A stretch of 49,649 nt of DNA, from NCBI GenBank assembly GCA_012729355.1, contig JAAYDG010000052.1, positions 1 to 49,649 on the forward strand, written 5' to 3'. Within the stretch, counting starts at the first letter, position 1. Each line of letters opens with the position of its first letter. This document shows, in pieces, positions 17,960 through 30,471 of the stretch. The DNA is from Clostridiales bacterium. GTDB lineage: Bacteria; Bacillota; Clostridia; Peptostreptococcales; Anaerovoracaceae. A program made the translations under genes and the position numbers. A model generated the notes under the pieces. It did not search any database. It saw nothing but the letters and a program-made list of their open reading frames with translations, and was not told the origin of the DNA.

Positions 17960-18880
17960 ATGGAACGAAATGTATATTTGGATGTGGCTTCGGAGGTCCG
18001 GGAAGCGCTGCGTGCGGGCAAGCCGGTAGTGGCCTTGGAGTCGACCATCATCTCCCACGGGATGCCGTATCCGGTCAACGTGGAAACGGCATTGGCCGTG
18101 GAAGCCAACGTGCGTAAACGAGGCGGTGTGCCTGCCACGATTGCCGTGATCGGCGGCAGAATCAAAGTAGGCCTCACCCGGGATGAGATCGAGCATCTGG
18201 CAAGAGCGAAAGGAGTCCGAAAGGTGAGCCGAAGGGATCTTCCCGTTGTGACCGCTCTTGAGGTCGACGGAGCCACTACCGTGGCAGGCACCATGATCGT
18301 CGCCCAAATGGCCGGGATTTCCGTATTTGTCACCGGCGGAGTCGGCGGTGTCCATCGAGGAGCCGGAGAGAGTTTCGACATTTCCGCCGATTTGGAGGAA
18401 CTGAAGCAGACCGACGTAACGGTGGTGTGTGCCGGGTGCAAGAGCCTGTTGGACATCCCGGCTACGCTGGAATATCTCGAGACAGGAGGCGTTCCGGTCA
18501 TCGTGTTCGGCTCTGATGAATTTCCTGCATTTTACAGTGCTTCCAGCGGATGTGCTTCTCCGTTGCGCATGGACACGCCGGAGGAAATCGCCTCCGTGAT
18601 CGCCGGCAAAAAAAAACTGGGGATGAAAGGCGGACTCCTGGTAACCTGCCCGATCCCTGCCGAAGACGAAATTCCCTTTGACGAGATCGATCGAATCATT
18701 CGCCGGGCTCTGGCACTGAGTGCCGAAGAAGGGATCACCGGGAGCGGGATCACGCCTTACGTCCTGCAGAAAATCGTGGATCTTACGGAAGGGCGAGCAC
18801 TTCGGGCGAATCAGTCCCTGGTGCTGAATAATGGATTGATCGGAACGGATATCGCCACAGCGCTGTGTCGCAGAGCATAA
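17960..18880 (+). CDS. psuG: Pseudouridine-5'-phosphate glycosidase
   Basis: VVALESTIISHGMPYP.N...GGVPATIAVI.G.I.VGL...TVAGTM.VA..AGI.VF.TGGIGGVHRG, the canonical IndA/PsuG sequence. Confidence 0.92.
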   Translation: MERNVYLDVASEVREALRAGKPVVALESTIISHGMPYPVNVETALAVEANVRKRGGVPATIAVIGGRIKVGLTRDEIEHLARAKGVRKVSRRDLPVVTALEVDGATTVAGTMIVAQMAGISVFVTGGVGGVHRGAGESFDISADLEELKQTDVTVVCAGCKSLLDIPATLEYLETGGVPVIVFGSDEFPAFYSASSGCASPLRMDTPEEIASVIAGKKKLGMKGGLLVTCPIPAEDEIPFDEIDRIIRRALALSAEEGITGSGITPYVLQKIVDLTEGRALRANQSLVLNNGLIGTDIATALCRRA

Positions 18881-18887
18881 TTCATTC

Positions 18888-18936
18888 TTGCAAACGGTCG
18901 TCTCCTGTGATAGAATAATAATAGGAATTGTTATTA
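18888..18936 (+). promoter_or_regulatory. Promoter (TTGCAA-17-TAGAAT) overlapped by an AT-rich inverted repeat, candidate PerR/Fur-type operator
   Basis: -35 at 18888-93, 17-nt spacer, -10 at 18911-16. TAATAA-N9-TTATTA inverted repeat at 18916-18936 covers the -10 and the predicted start site. It only loosely resembles the TTATAAT-N-ATTATAA Per box. Confidence 0.45.
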
Positions 18937-18954
18937 ATTGCGACGGGAGAAGCG

Positions 18955-19368
18955 ATGCGTTATTCCAAACAGCGGGAACAGATCATGAATGCGGTGCGAT
19001 CGCAAGGATGTCATCCCACGGCGGACCAAATTTATAAATTCGTCCGGCAGGAGCATCCCAGTATCAGTCTGGGCACAGTCTATCGGAATCTCAATCAACT
19101 GGCGGAAGCCGGGGAATTGCTTCGGATTCCCATCTGCGGAAGCAAAGACCGATTCGACCACAATACGAAAGCCCATTTTCATCTGCAGTGTGCCGCCTGC
19201 GGGGCGTTCGTGGACTTGCCGGAGGAAGTCTCCGAAGAGATCGTTCGCCTCCTCGATCGCATCCGCAGACAAACAGGCATGACTGTTGCTCCGGAAAGTA
19301 TGCAATTTCAAGGAATCTGCCAGGCGTGTACCGCAGGGCAGAAACGATCTGCAGTCGACAACCACTGA
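18955..19368 (+). CDS. perR: Fur-family peroxide-responsive repressor (PerR-like)
   Basis: [14 protein letters not shown]...HPTADQIY...[10 protein letters not shown]..., HFHLQC..CG and CQAC metal sites. First gene of an rbr-dfx operon, the typical clostridial PerR context. Confidence 0.78.
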   Translation: MRYSKQREQIMNAVRSQGCHPTADQIYKFVRQEHPSISLGTVYRNLNQLAEAGELLRIPICGSKDRFDHNTKAHFHLQCAACGAFVDLPEEVSEEIVRLLDRIRRQTGMTVAPESMQFQGICQACTAGQKRSAVDNH

Positions 19369-19385
19369 CACAAAAGGAGGAAAAT

Positions 19386-19925
19386 GTGAAAGAGTTAAAA
19401 GGAACGAAGACGCTGGAAAATCTGATGACAGCCTTTGCCGGAGAATCACAGGCAAGAAACAAGTACAACTATTATGCTTCCAAAGCAAGAGCGGAAGGGT
19501 ATAATCAGATCGGAGATCTGTTTGACGAAACAGCGCTCAACGAAAAAGAGCACGCAAAGCTCTGGTTCAAGTTTGCCCACGGGATCGGAACTACGGAAGA
19601 GAATCTTCTGGATGCCGCGGAAGGCGAAAACTACGAGTGGACCAGCATGTATAAGGAAATGGCCGAGACCGCCAGAGAAGAAGGTTTTCCCGAGATCGCC
19701 GAAAAAATGGAAGGCGTTGCAGGGGTGGAAAAAGAGCATGAAAAGCGGTATAAGATCCTGGCCGACAACGTCAAAAATGGCAAGGTATTCAAAAAAGATT
19801 CCGTGGTCGTATGGCAGTGCGCCAACTGCGGTCACGTTTACACGGGCACGGAAGCGCTTGAAATGTGTCCCGTATGCGACCATCCGCTCAAGCATATGAT
19901 GGTCAAAAACGAGACGTATAAATAG
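19386..19925 (+). CDS. rbr: Rubrerythrin
   Basis: GTG 19386 after [35 protein letters not shown]...EKEHAKLW... diiron four-helix bundle plus C-terminal rubredoxin CANCGH...CPVCDHP. Confidence 0.9.
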   Translation: MKELKGTKTLENLMTAFAGESQARNKYNYYASKARAEGYNQIGDLFDETALNEKEHAKLWFKFAHGIGTTEENLLDAAEGENYEWTSMYKEMAETAREEGFPEIAEKMEGVAGVEKEHEKRYKILADNVKNGKVFKKDSVVVWQCANCGHVYTGTEALEMCPVCDHPLKHMMVKNETYK

Positions 19926-19957
19926 TAAATTATTACGGAATGAGGAAGGAGAACATT

Positions 19958-20332
19958 ATGGAACAGAAATTTTACAGATGCGAGATTTGCGGCAACATCA
20001 TTACGCACCTGAACGACAGCGGGATCCGGGTGGTTTGCTGCGGCCAGGAAATGGATGAGCTGGTAGCGGGTTCTGTAGACGCCGCCACGGAAAAGCATGT
20101 ACCCGTCGTTACGAAAGACGGCAACAAAGTCGTCGTGAAAGTCGGCAGTGTGGATCATCCCATGACAGCGGAGCACTATATCCAGTGGATTTGCCTGGTC
20201 ACAAAAGAAGGGTGCGAGGTGAAATATCTGACACCCGACGACGAACCCATGGCCGAATTCATGCTCAGCGATTCGGATGCCGTGGAAACGGTGTACGAGT
20301 ACTGTAATCTCCACAGTCTCTGGAAAGCATAA
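19958..20332 (+). CDS. dfx: Desulfoferrodoxin (2Fe superoxide reductase)
   Basis: MEQKFYRCEICGNII...VCCGQEM (desulforedoxin-like centre I), EKHVPV...HPM..EHYI.W, C-terminal ..YCNLH.LW. Confidence 0.9.
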   Translation: MEQKFYRCEICGNIITHLNDSGIRVVCCGQEMDELVAGSVDAATEKHVPVVTKDGNKVVVKVGSVDHPMTAEHYIQWICLVTKEGCEVKYLTPDDEPMAEFMLSDSDAVETVYEYCNLHSLWKA

Positions 20333-20339
20333 AAAAGGC

Positions 20340-20367
20340 TTGACACGCATGTTCGTCGTGCTATAAT
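20340..20367 (+). promoter_or_regulatory. Sigma-A promoter of the T-box leader (TTGACA-16-TATAAT)
   Basis: TTGACA at 20340-45 and TATAAT at 20362-67, starting 8 nt after the dfx stop codon. Confidence 0.65.
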
Positions 20368-20373
20368 ACTCAC

Positions 20374-20658
20374 AACAATCGAATTATCGTAAACCGTTGA
20401 GGAAGACGAGTACACTGCAACAGCAAACTATCAGAGAGTTCCGGAGGGTGAAATCGGAGCAGGGCGCGGCAGTCGAATGGACTTTTGAGGGCGGCTTGAA
20501 AGAAGGGAACTTCGAGTAGATGCCGACGGGAACCCACCCGTTATCCATCGGGGCGCATATGATGGTATGCGTAAGCGAGTGGACGTTCATCGTCAATTCG
20601 GGTGGTATCGCAGAAGCAATCGCTTTTGTCCCGTTACCGGGACAAAAGCGATTTTTTT
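20374..20658 (+). promoter_or_regulatory. T-box riboswitch leader, specifier codon UGG (tryptophan)
   Basis: Stem I: K-turn GUUGAGGAAG...GAGUA (20396-), AG bulge AGAGA (20433-37), distal loop GGUGAAA (20447-53), and specifier loop GAA-UGG-A (20475-81) closed by CUUUUGAG. T-box sequence AAUUCGGGUGGUAUCGC at 20595-20611. A terminator follows. The 5' end is estimated from the promoter. Confidence 0.85.
20619..20658 (+). terminator. T-box terminator helix
   Basis: atcgcttttgtcccg (20619-33), loop ttac, cgggacaaaagcgat (20637-51): a perfect 15-bp stem followed by TTTTTTT. Confidence 0.85.
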
Positions 20659-20734
20659 ATCAGCGCTTTTTCGGCAAGAAAGCGTCCATCTGCCACAAGC
20701 CAAATTACAAACGATTGACACGGAGGAACTCAAA

Positions 20735-21730
20735 ATGAAACAAACGATGAAAAAAAGCCTCATCCTTCTTCTGACCCTGGCGATGGTCTTTGCGGCCGCC
20801 GCCTGCTCCGAAGGCGGGCAAACAGAAGATTTGCCGAAGATCGGCATCCTGCAGTTTGCGCCTCACGCATCGCTGGACAACTGCTACAACGGCATTATTC
20901 AGGGACTGGCGGACGCAGGGTTTACCGACGGAGAAACCTGTACCATCGAATTTGTGAACGGACAGGGAGAGAGCGAAACCAACGCGCTGGCAGCTGCGAA
21001 TTTCGTCAACAGCGGCATGGACCTGATCGTCGCCATCGCCACACCTTCCGCCATGCCGGCGTATGCGGCAGCCAAAGACGCCGGGATTCCCGTCATCTTT
21101 TCGGCCGTGTCGGACCCCTTGGGCGCAGGACTTGCCGAAAGCTTGGAGAACCCCAATACCGGCGCCACCGGCACCAGCGACGGATTGAATTACGAAGGAC
21201 AGCTTCAGATGATCCGGGCCTTCCAGCCGGAGGCGAAGTCCATCGGCATCCTGTACACCACATCGGAAGCCAATTCGCTGGCGCAGTTGGAGAACTACGA
21301 GGCACTGGCCCCGGCATTTGGATTTGAGATCGTGGCCGTCGGTGTCACCGATGCTTCGGAAGTCGCTTCCGGCGCTGCTTCTCTGGTGGCGTCCGGCGTA
21401 GATTGCATCAACAACCTGACGGACAACAATGTGGTCAACAACTTCTCCATGGTGATTGCTGCGGCGGATCCTGCGGGCATTCCCTGCTACGGTTCCGAAG
21501 AAGAACAAGTGGCGAAGTACGGATGTGTCGCATCCGAGACCCTGGATTATGTGGCGCTGGGACATACCACCGGTACGATGGCGGCCGAAGTGCTTTCGGG
21601 CAGCGATGTCCTGACCATGGCGATCCAGGTGGTCACCGAGTCCGAACCGGTCTATTCGTCGGTCAACATGGAAAAATTCCAGCTGACGCTGCCGGAGGCG
21701 TATCAGAGTGCCAGAGAAAGGAATGAATAA
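20735..21730 (+). CDS. ABC transporter substrate-binding lipoprotein (ABC_sub_bind / COG2984 type)
   Basis: MKQTMKKSLILLLTLAMVFAAAAC lipoprotein signal, then KIGILQFAPHASLDNCYNGI.QGL. ATG 20735 after GGAGGA. The upstream part of track ORF 20567 lies inside the T-box leader. Confidence 0.85.
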   Translation: MKQTMKKSLILLLTLAMVFAAAACSEGGQTEDLPKIGILQFAPHASLDNCYNGIIQGLADAGFTDGETCTIEFVNGQGESETNALAAANFVNSGMDLIVAIATPSAMPAYAAAKDAGIPVIFSAVSDPLGAGLAESLENPNTGATGTSDGLNYEGQLQMIRAFQPEAKSIGILYTTSEANSLAQLENYEALAPAFGFEIVAVGVTDASEVASGAASLVASGVDCINNLTDNNVVNNFSMVIAAADPAGIPCYGSEEEQVAKYGCVASETLDYVALGHTTGTMAAEVLSGSDVLTMAIQVVTESEPVYSSVNMEKFQLTLPEAYQSARERNE

Positions 21731-22641
21731 TGAGCTTGACCTTGTTTTCAGGGTTGGTTGAAGTCGTATTGCGGGAAGGGTTCATCTACGGCATCATGGC
21801 GATGGGAGTCTATATCACGTACAAGATCCTGGATTTTCCGGATCTGTCCGTGGATGGAACCTTTCCCTTGGGCGCCTGCATCGCAGCGCTGCTCATCACG
21901 GCGGGCGCGGATCCCTGGCTGGCGTGCCTGGTTGCGTTTGCTGCCGGCGCCTGTGCCGGATGCGTCACCGGCGTGCTCCACGTGAAGCTGGGCATCACCG
22001 ATCTGCTTTCGGGCATCCTGGTGATGACCGCCATGTGGTCTGTGAATTTGATCCTCACCGGCGGTTCGGCGATCAAACAGTTTTTCAACAGAGACACCAT
22101 CTTTAATTCCGGCCCGGTCCTGCTCCTGCCGGAAGGGCTCTATCCCCACCGGCAGCTGATCATGGTCACCCTGATCGCCTTGGCGGTGAAGTACGCCCTG
22201 GATTGGTATTTATCCACGAAAAACGGCCTGCTTCTTCGGGCGTCGGGAGACAACAGCCAATACGTGGTCAACTTGGCCAGGGATCCCGGCTCCATGAAAA
22301 TCCTGGGCCTGGCCGTAGGAAATGGATGCACAGCTTTGGCCGGCTGTATTCTGGCGCAGCTGAACCAGAATGCGGATATCAATTCCGGCAAAGGAATGGT
22401 GGTGATGGCGCTGGCTTCGGTGATCATCGGAATCAGCGTGTTCCGGCGCCTGAATTTCTTCCGGTTCGTCACGATGGCCATACTGGGATCCATTCTCTAC
22501 AAAGCCTGTCTGATGGCCGCTTTGCAGCTGGGTTTGCCCAACAGCTACCTGAAGCTGTTGATGGCAGTGCTTCTGACTGCGGCGATCGTCTCGGAAAAAG
22601 TCAATCGGAAAGGGGGAAAACACGTTGCGAAACAATGGTAG
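21730..22641 (+). CDS. ABC transporter permease (branched-chain type fold, partner of the COG2984 binding protein)
   Basis: 303 aa and hydrophobic throughout. The ATG overlaps the upstream TAA by 1 nt. Confidence 0.85.
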   Translation: MSLTLFSGLVEVVLREGFIYGIMAMGVYITYKILDFPDLSVDGTFPLGACIAALLITAGADPWLACLVAFAAGACAGCVTGVLHVKLGITDLLSGILVMTAMWSVNLILTGGSAIKQFFNRDTIFNSGPVLLLPEGLYPHRQLIMVTLIALAVKYALDWYLSTKNGLLLRASGDNSQYVVNLARDPGSMKILGLAVGNGCTALAGCILAQLNQNADINSGKGMVVMALASVIIGISVFRRLNFFRFVTMAILGSILYKACLMAALQLGLPNSYLKLLMAVLLTAAIVSEKVNRKGGKHVAKQW

Positions 22642-23422
22642 CGAACCTCTGATCCGTGTGGAGGATCTCCACATGAATTTCAATCCGGGAACGGTGAATG
22701 AGATCGCCGTATTCAACGGATTCGACTTTTCGGTGGATCCCGGAGAGTTTGTTTCCATGGTGGGATCCAACGGATCGGGAAAGACCACGCTGCTCAACGT
22801 GATCTGCGGCAGCCTTTCGGCAGATCGGGGAAAGATTTTCCTGAACGGAACGGAAATCACGGGGATGCCCGAACACCGGCGGGCCGCCAACATCGGCAGA
22901 GTATTTCAAAATCCTGCGGCGGGAACCTGTCCGAATCTGACCATCATGGAAAACCTGTCCCTGGCTGACAACAAAGGGGGGGCGTTCGGCCTGCGCAAAG
23001 GCGTGAACAAGAAGCGCACGGACTATTATCGCAGCCGGCTGCAGCTGTTGCAGCTTGGGCTGGAAGATAAGCTGGATATCTCCGTGGGATCGCTGTCGGG
23101 CGGTCAGCGGCAGGCTTTGGCCCTTCTGATCGCCACCATGACGCCCATCGATCTGTTGATTCTGGACGAGCATACGGCAGCCCTGGATCCCCGCTCTTCG
23201 GAGACCGTCATGGAGCTGACGCTTCGGGTCATCGAAGAAAAACAACTTACGGCTCTGATGGTCACCCACAACTTGCGGTTTGCCGTAGAGTACGGCAACC
23301 GTTTGGTGATGATGCACGAAGGCCGATCGGTTATCGATACGCGCCGGACCGGCAAAGATTCCTGTACCATTGAATCGCTGCTGAAGACGTTCAACGAAAT
23401 TTCCATCGAGTGCGGCAACTGA
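22625..23422 (+). CDS. ABC transporter ATP-binding protein
   Basis: GSNGSGKTTLLN Walker A, LSGGQRQALAL signature, LLILDEHTAALD Walker B. The TTG start at 22625 overlaps the permease end and is uncertain by a few codons. Confidence 0.85.
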   Translation: MRNNGSEPLIRVEDLHMNFNPGTVNEIAVFNGFDFSVDPGEFVSMVGSNGSGKTTLLNVICGSLSADRGKIFLNGTEITGMPEHRRAANIGRVFQNPAAGTCPNLTIMENLSLADNKGGAFGLRKGVNKKRTDYYRSRLQLLQLGLEDKLDISVGSLSGGQRQALALLIATMTPIDLLILDEHTAALDPRSSETVMELTLRVIEEKQLTALMVTHNLRFAVEYGNRLVMMHEGRSVIDTRRTGKDSCTIESLLKTFNEISIECGN

Positions 23423-23450
23423 GCACACCGGTGAACAGGGATAAAAATCA

Positions 23451-23480
23451 AAAGAGACAGCCCTCCGGGCTGTCTCTTTA
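23451..23480 (+). terminator. Intrinsic terminator after the ABC operon
   Basis: agagacagccc (23453-63) pairs with gggctgtctct (23467-77), followed by TTTA (weak U tract). An extended -10 TGgTATAAT for pcrA lies directly downstream at 23481-89. Confidence 0.5.
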
Positions 23481-23517
23481 TGGTATAATTTAAGTTAGAG
23501 TGTCACAAGGAGAAACG

Positions 23518-27749
<4,232 letters not shown>

Positions 27750-27776
27750 AAGAAAGAACCCCGCGGGACAGCTTTC

Positions 27777-27805
27777 TTGACGAAACGACCAATAAATCAT
27801 ATAAT
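27777..27805 (+). promoter_or_regulatory. Near-consensus sigma-A promoter (TTGACG-17-TATAAT) for the SRP RNA
   Basis: -35 at 27777-82, exact 17-nt spacer, TATAAT at 27800-05. Confidence 0.65.
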
Positions 27806-27811
27806 AGTATG

Positions 27812-27993
27812 CAGTATATCGTATAGGGAATTGCCTTGGGATAGCTTCGTCGGCTGCGGTCCGGGTCCTGCGCAATAAGAATCTGTGAACCTCGTCAGGT
27901 CCGGAAGGAAGCAGCGATAAGCGGAAGCTCTTATGTGCCGCAGAGAAGCCTGTTCCGCGGGTCGGCGGGGCTAACCGAAGGCAATTCTTTTTT
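27812..27993 (+). ncRNA. ffs: Signal recognition particle RNA (4.5S/scRNA)
   Basis: CAGGUCCGGAAGGAAGCAGC at 27896-27915 is identical to the helix-8 apical region of E. coli 4.5S RNA. Positions 27831-27848 pair with 27967-27984 to close a long rod, and a T-run follows at 27987-93. The position just upstream of dnaX matches Bacillus synteny. The 5' end is inferred from the promoter. The rod core is 27831-27984. Confidence 0.85.
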
Positions 27994-28008
27994 GAGGAAA
28001 GGGTGGGC

Positions 28009-29457
28009 ATGTATCAGGCATTATACCGGAGTTTCCGGCCGGAAACCTTTCAGGAACTGATAGGCCAGGATCACATCGTTCGCATATTAAAAAATCAGCT
28101 GGATGCCGGGACCACCGGACACGCATACCTGTTTTGCGGAACAAGGGGAACGGGAAAGACGTCCACGGCCAGGCTTCTGGCCAAAGGACTGAATTGCCTG
28201 GCCCCACAGGGGCAGCGCCCCTGTGGAGACTGTGCCGTTTGCCGGGCGATCGCCGCCGGCACGTTTGTGGACGTGGTGGAAATCGATGCGGCTTCCAACA
28301 ACGGCGTAGACAATATCCGGGAACTGCGGGAGAGCGTCAACTATCCGCCTGCTTCCGGCCGCAGTAAAGTTTATGTGGTCGACGAGGCGCACATGCTGTC
28401 CACTCCGGCAGCCAACGCGTTGCTCAAGACGCTGGAGGAACCGCCGGATCACATCGTTTTCATCCTGGCGACCACCGAACCTCAAAAGTTGCCGGCCACG
28501 ATCTTGTCCCGGTGCCTCCGACTGGATTTCCACCGTGTTCCGGAAGAACGGATCCGAGGACTTTTTGTCGACATCTGCAAAGCGCGGGGGATCACGGCCG
28601 AGGACGATGCACTGGGACTGATTGCCTCCAACGCAGACGGTTCGGTCCGGGACGGACTGTCCCTTCTGGATCGTTGTGTGACCGGATCCGGATCCCTTAC
28701 CCGCGAAGATGTACTGGACCTTCTCGGGATGTGCGGCCAGGAAGTTTTCCTGGATATCACACAGCATGTTTTGGAAAAGCAAGTCGGAGAGGCGCTACTG
28801 CTCTTTGCCGAAGCCCTGAGTCAGGGAAAAGAAGTCAACCAGTTTGCCCGGGATTGGGTAGAGCATTTCCGCAACTTGCTGATCATCAAATATGTCAAGG
28901 ATCCGGAACACGTGCTGAACCTGTCGGTGGAAAATATCCGTCGCCTTCGGGAACAGGCGGCCGTCATTTCCCTGCCGAATATCAGGCGCTGCATCATCGA
29001 ATTGACCGGGGCGCTGGCGGAGGCCAAGTGGTCTCCGAAGCCCAGGATCATCGTGGAACTGGCCATCGTTCGCATGGCTTCGACAGAAGAAGGTGAGCCC
29101 ATGGGGCCGCCCAAAGAAAAAGAAACGGAGAAAAAGACGGAGGTGCGGCAGCCGAAGGCCGAAAAGCCGAAAGCTTCGCCGGTCGGGAAGCCCGACCCGG
29201 ACGGACAGACCGAAGAAGAACTCTGGCGCTGTGTCCTGGAAGATGAGCGGATCTCAAAGATGTCCAAAACCTGCGGGAGTATTCTCCGGGAAGTGACGGA
29301 CCACTTGTTTACGGTCCAGATCAGCAACAGCATTCAGGAAGAACAGTTTCGAAAAGAAGAGAAGCTGCTGGAAGAGATCCTGGAAGAAAAGACAGGGAGA
29401 CGACGCAGGATGCGTCTTCTGCTCAAAGATGCGGAGATACAGGAATCGTTCATATAA
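28009..29457 (+). CDS. dnaX: DNA polymerase III subunit gamma/tau
   Basis: [26 protein letters not shown]......[25 protein letters not shown], Zn module [20 protein letters not shown] 28009 has better spacing to GAGGAAAGG than GTG 28003. Confidence 0.92.
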   Translation: MYQALYRSFRPETFQELIGQDHIVRILKNQLDAGTTGHAYLFCGTRGTGKTSTARLLAKGLNCLAPQGQRPCGDCAVCRAIAAGTFVDVVEIDAASNNGVDNIRELRESVNYPPASGRSKVYVVDEAHMLSTPAANALLKTLEEPPDHIVFILATTEPQKLPATILSRCLRLDFHRVPEERIRGLFVDICKARGITAEDDALGLIASNADGSVRDGLSLLDRCVTGSGSLTREDVLDLLGMCGQEVFLDITQHVLEKQVGEALLLFAEALSQGKEVNQFARDWVEHFRNLLIIKYVKDPEHVLNLSVENIRRLREQAAVISLPNIRRCIIELTGALAEAKWSPKPRIIVELAIVRMASTEEGEPMGPPKEKETEKKTEVRQPKAEKPKASPVGKPDPDGQTEEELWRCVLEDERISKMSKTCGSILREVTDHLFTVQISNSIQEEQFRKEEKLLEEILEEKTGRRRRMRLLLKDAEIQESFI

Positions 29458-29477
29458 GCAGGAAGAAAGGATCAGGA

Positions 29478-29834
29478 ATGGGCAAAGGAATGAAAGCCGG
29501 AAAACGGCCCGGCGGCAAAAAAGACAACATGCAGGCGCAGATGGCGCAGCTTCAGGCGATGCAGCAGAAAATGGAGGCCGTTCAAGCCGAGATCGAAGAA
29601 AAGCAAACGGAAGCCACAGCCGGCGGCGGCGCAGTCAGCGTTGCCGTCAACGGGAAGCATCAGCTGGTGAGCGTAACCATCCGGCCGGACGTCTGCGACC
29701 CGGAGGATGTGGAGATGCTTCAGGACCTGGTCCTGGTGGCTGCCAACGAAGCGCTGCGGCAAATCGACGAGATCAGCCAGTCGGAGATGAGCAAAGTGAC
29801 GGGCGGCATGGGCCTTCCTCCGGGAATGATGTAG
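29478..29834 (+). CDS. ybaB: YbaB/EbfC family nucleoid-associated protein
   Basis: ...[24 protein letters not shown]...[21 protein letters not shown].......[15 protein letters not shown]. 118 aa, between dnaX and recR. Confidence 0.9.
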   Translation: MGKGMKAGKRPGGKKDNMQAQMAQLQAMQQKMEAVQAEIEEKQTEATAGGGAVSVAVNGKHQLVSVTIRPDVCDPEDVEMLQDLVLVAANEALRQIDEISQSEMSKVTGGMGLPPGMM

Positions 29835-29845
29835 GCAGGGCGCAG

Positions 29846-30445
29846 ATGAAATACTACGCAAAACCGCTCACCCGGCTGATCGCCGAACTGTCAAAGCTGC
29901 CGGGGATCGGGTACAAGAGCGCGCAGCGACTGGCTTTTTACATTTTGTCCTTATCCGAAACGGAAGCTACGGCGTTGGCGGATGCTGTCATCCAGGCGAA
30001 AGCAAATATGAAGTACTGTTCCGTTTGCGGAAATCTGACCGATGTGGATCCCTGCTCAGTCTGCTCCGATCAATCCAGAGACCCCGGCGTGATCTGTGTC
30101 GTCGAAAGCCCCAGGGATGTGTCTGCCATGGAGCGGATCAAAGAGTTCAGAGGGTTTTATCACGTGTTGAACGGAGCCATATCTCCCATGGACGGGATCG
30201 GTCCGGAAGAGATCAACCTGAAATCTCTCATTCTCCGCCTGCAGCAAAGCGATGTGAAAGAAGTGATCCTGGCTACAAATCCCAACATCGAAGGCGAGGC
30301 TACGGCCATGTATATCGCCCGGCTCATCAAGCCCTCAGGGATCAAAGTCACACGGATCGCTCACGGGATCCCGGTGGGAGGAGATTTGGAATACACCGAT
30401 GAAGTGACGCTGTCCATGGCGATGGAAGGGCGAAGAGAACTGTGA
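29846..30445 (+). CDS. recR: Recombination protein RecR
   Basis: [35 protein letters not shown]4 zinc finger [15 protein letters not shown], and Toprim [11 protein letters not shown]. The real start is internal to track ORF 29429-30445. Confidence 0.93.
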   Translation: MKYYAKPLTRLIAELSKLPGIGYKSAQRLAFYILSLSETEATALADAVIQAKANMKYCSVCGNLTDVDPCSVCSDQSRDPGVICVVESPRDVSAMERIKEFRGFYHVLNGAISPMDGIGPEEINLKSLILRLQQSDVKEVILATNPNIEGEATAMYIARLIKPSGIKVTRIAHGIPVGGDLEYTDEVTLSMAMEGRREL

Positions 30446-30471
30446 AAATTCACCGTACAACAGGAGGAAAT

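Noticed and set aside
18608-18616. A9 homopolymer inside psuG (Lys-Lys-Lys codons)
   Set aside because: It is striking in a high-GC gene, but it is a single in-frame tract in the middle of a housekeeping enzyme. Nothing else suggests phase variation, and it is most likely incidental.
20502-20508. Alternative T-box specifier GAA-GGG-A (glycine)
   Set aside because: This S-turn-like element lies in the second stem (GGC...GCC, 20489-20531), after Stem I has already closed. The first module, GAA-UGG-A flanked by GAGUA and CUUUUGAG, matches the Stem I architecture of the glyQS-type model. The question remains worth confirming by covariance-model alignment.
29130-29136. Possible dnaX programmed -1 frameshift site (G AAA AAG)
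   Set aside because: The E. coli slippery heptamer is A AAA AAG with a downstream stem-loop. Here the first base is G and I see no adjacent hairpin. Many Firmicutes make only one DnaX product.
29429-29845. N-terminal 139 codons of track ORF 29429-30445
   Set aside because: This Arg/Gly-rich frame overlaps ybaB out of frame. RecR begins at the internal ATG 29846 with the canonical MKYYAKPL N-terminus.
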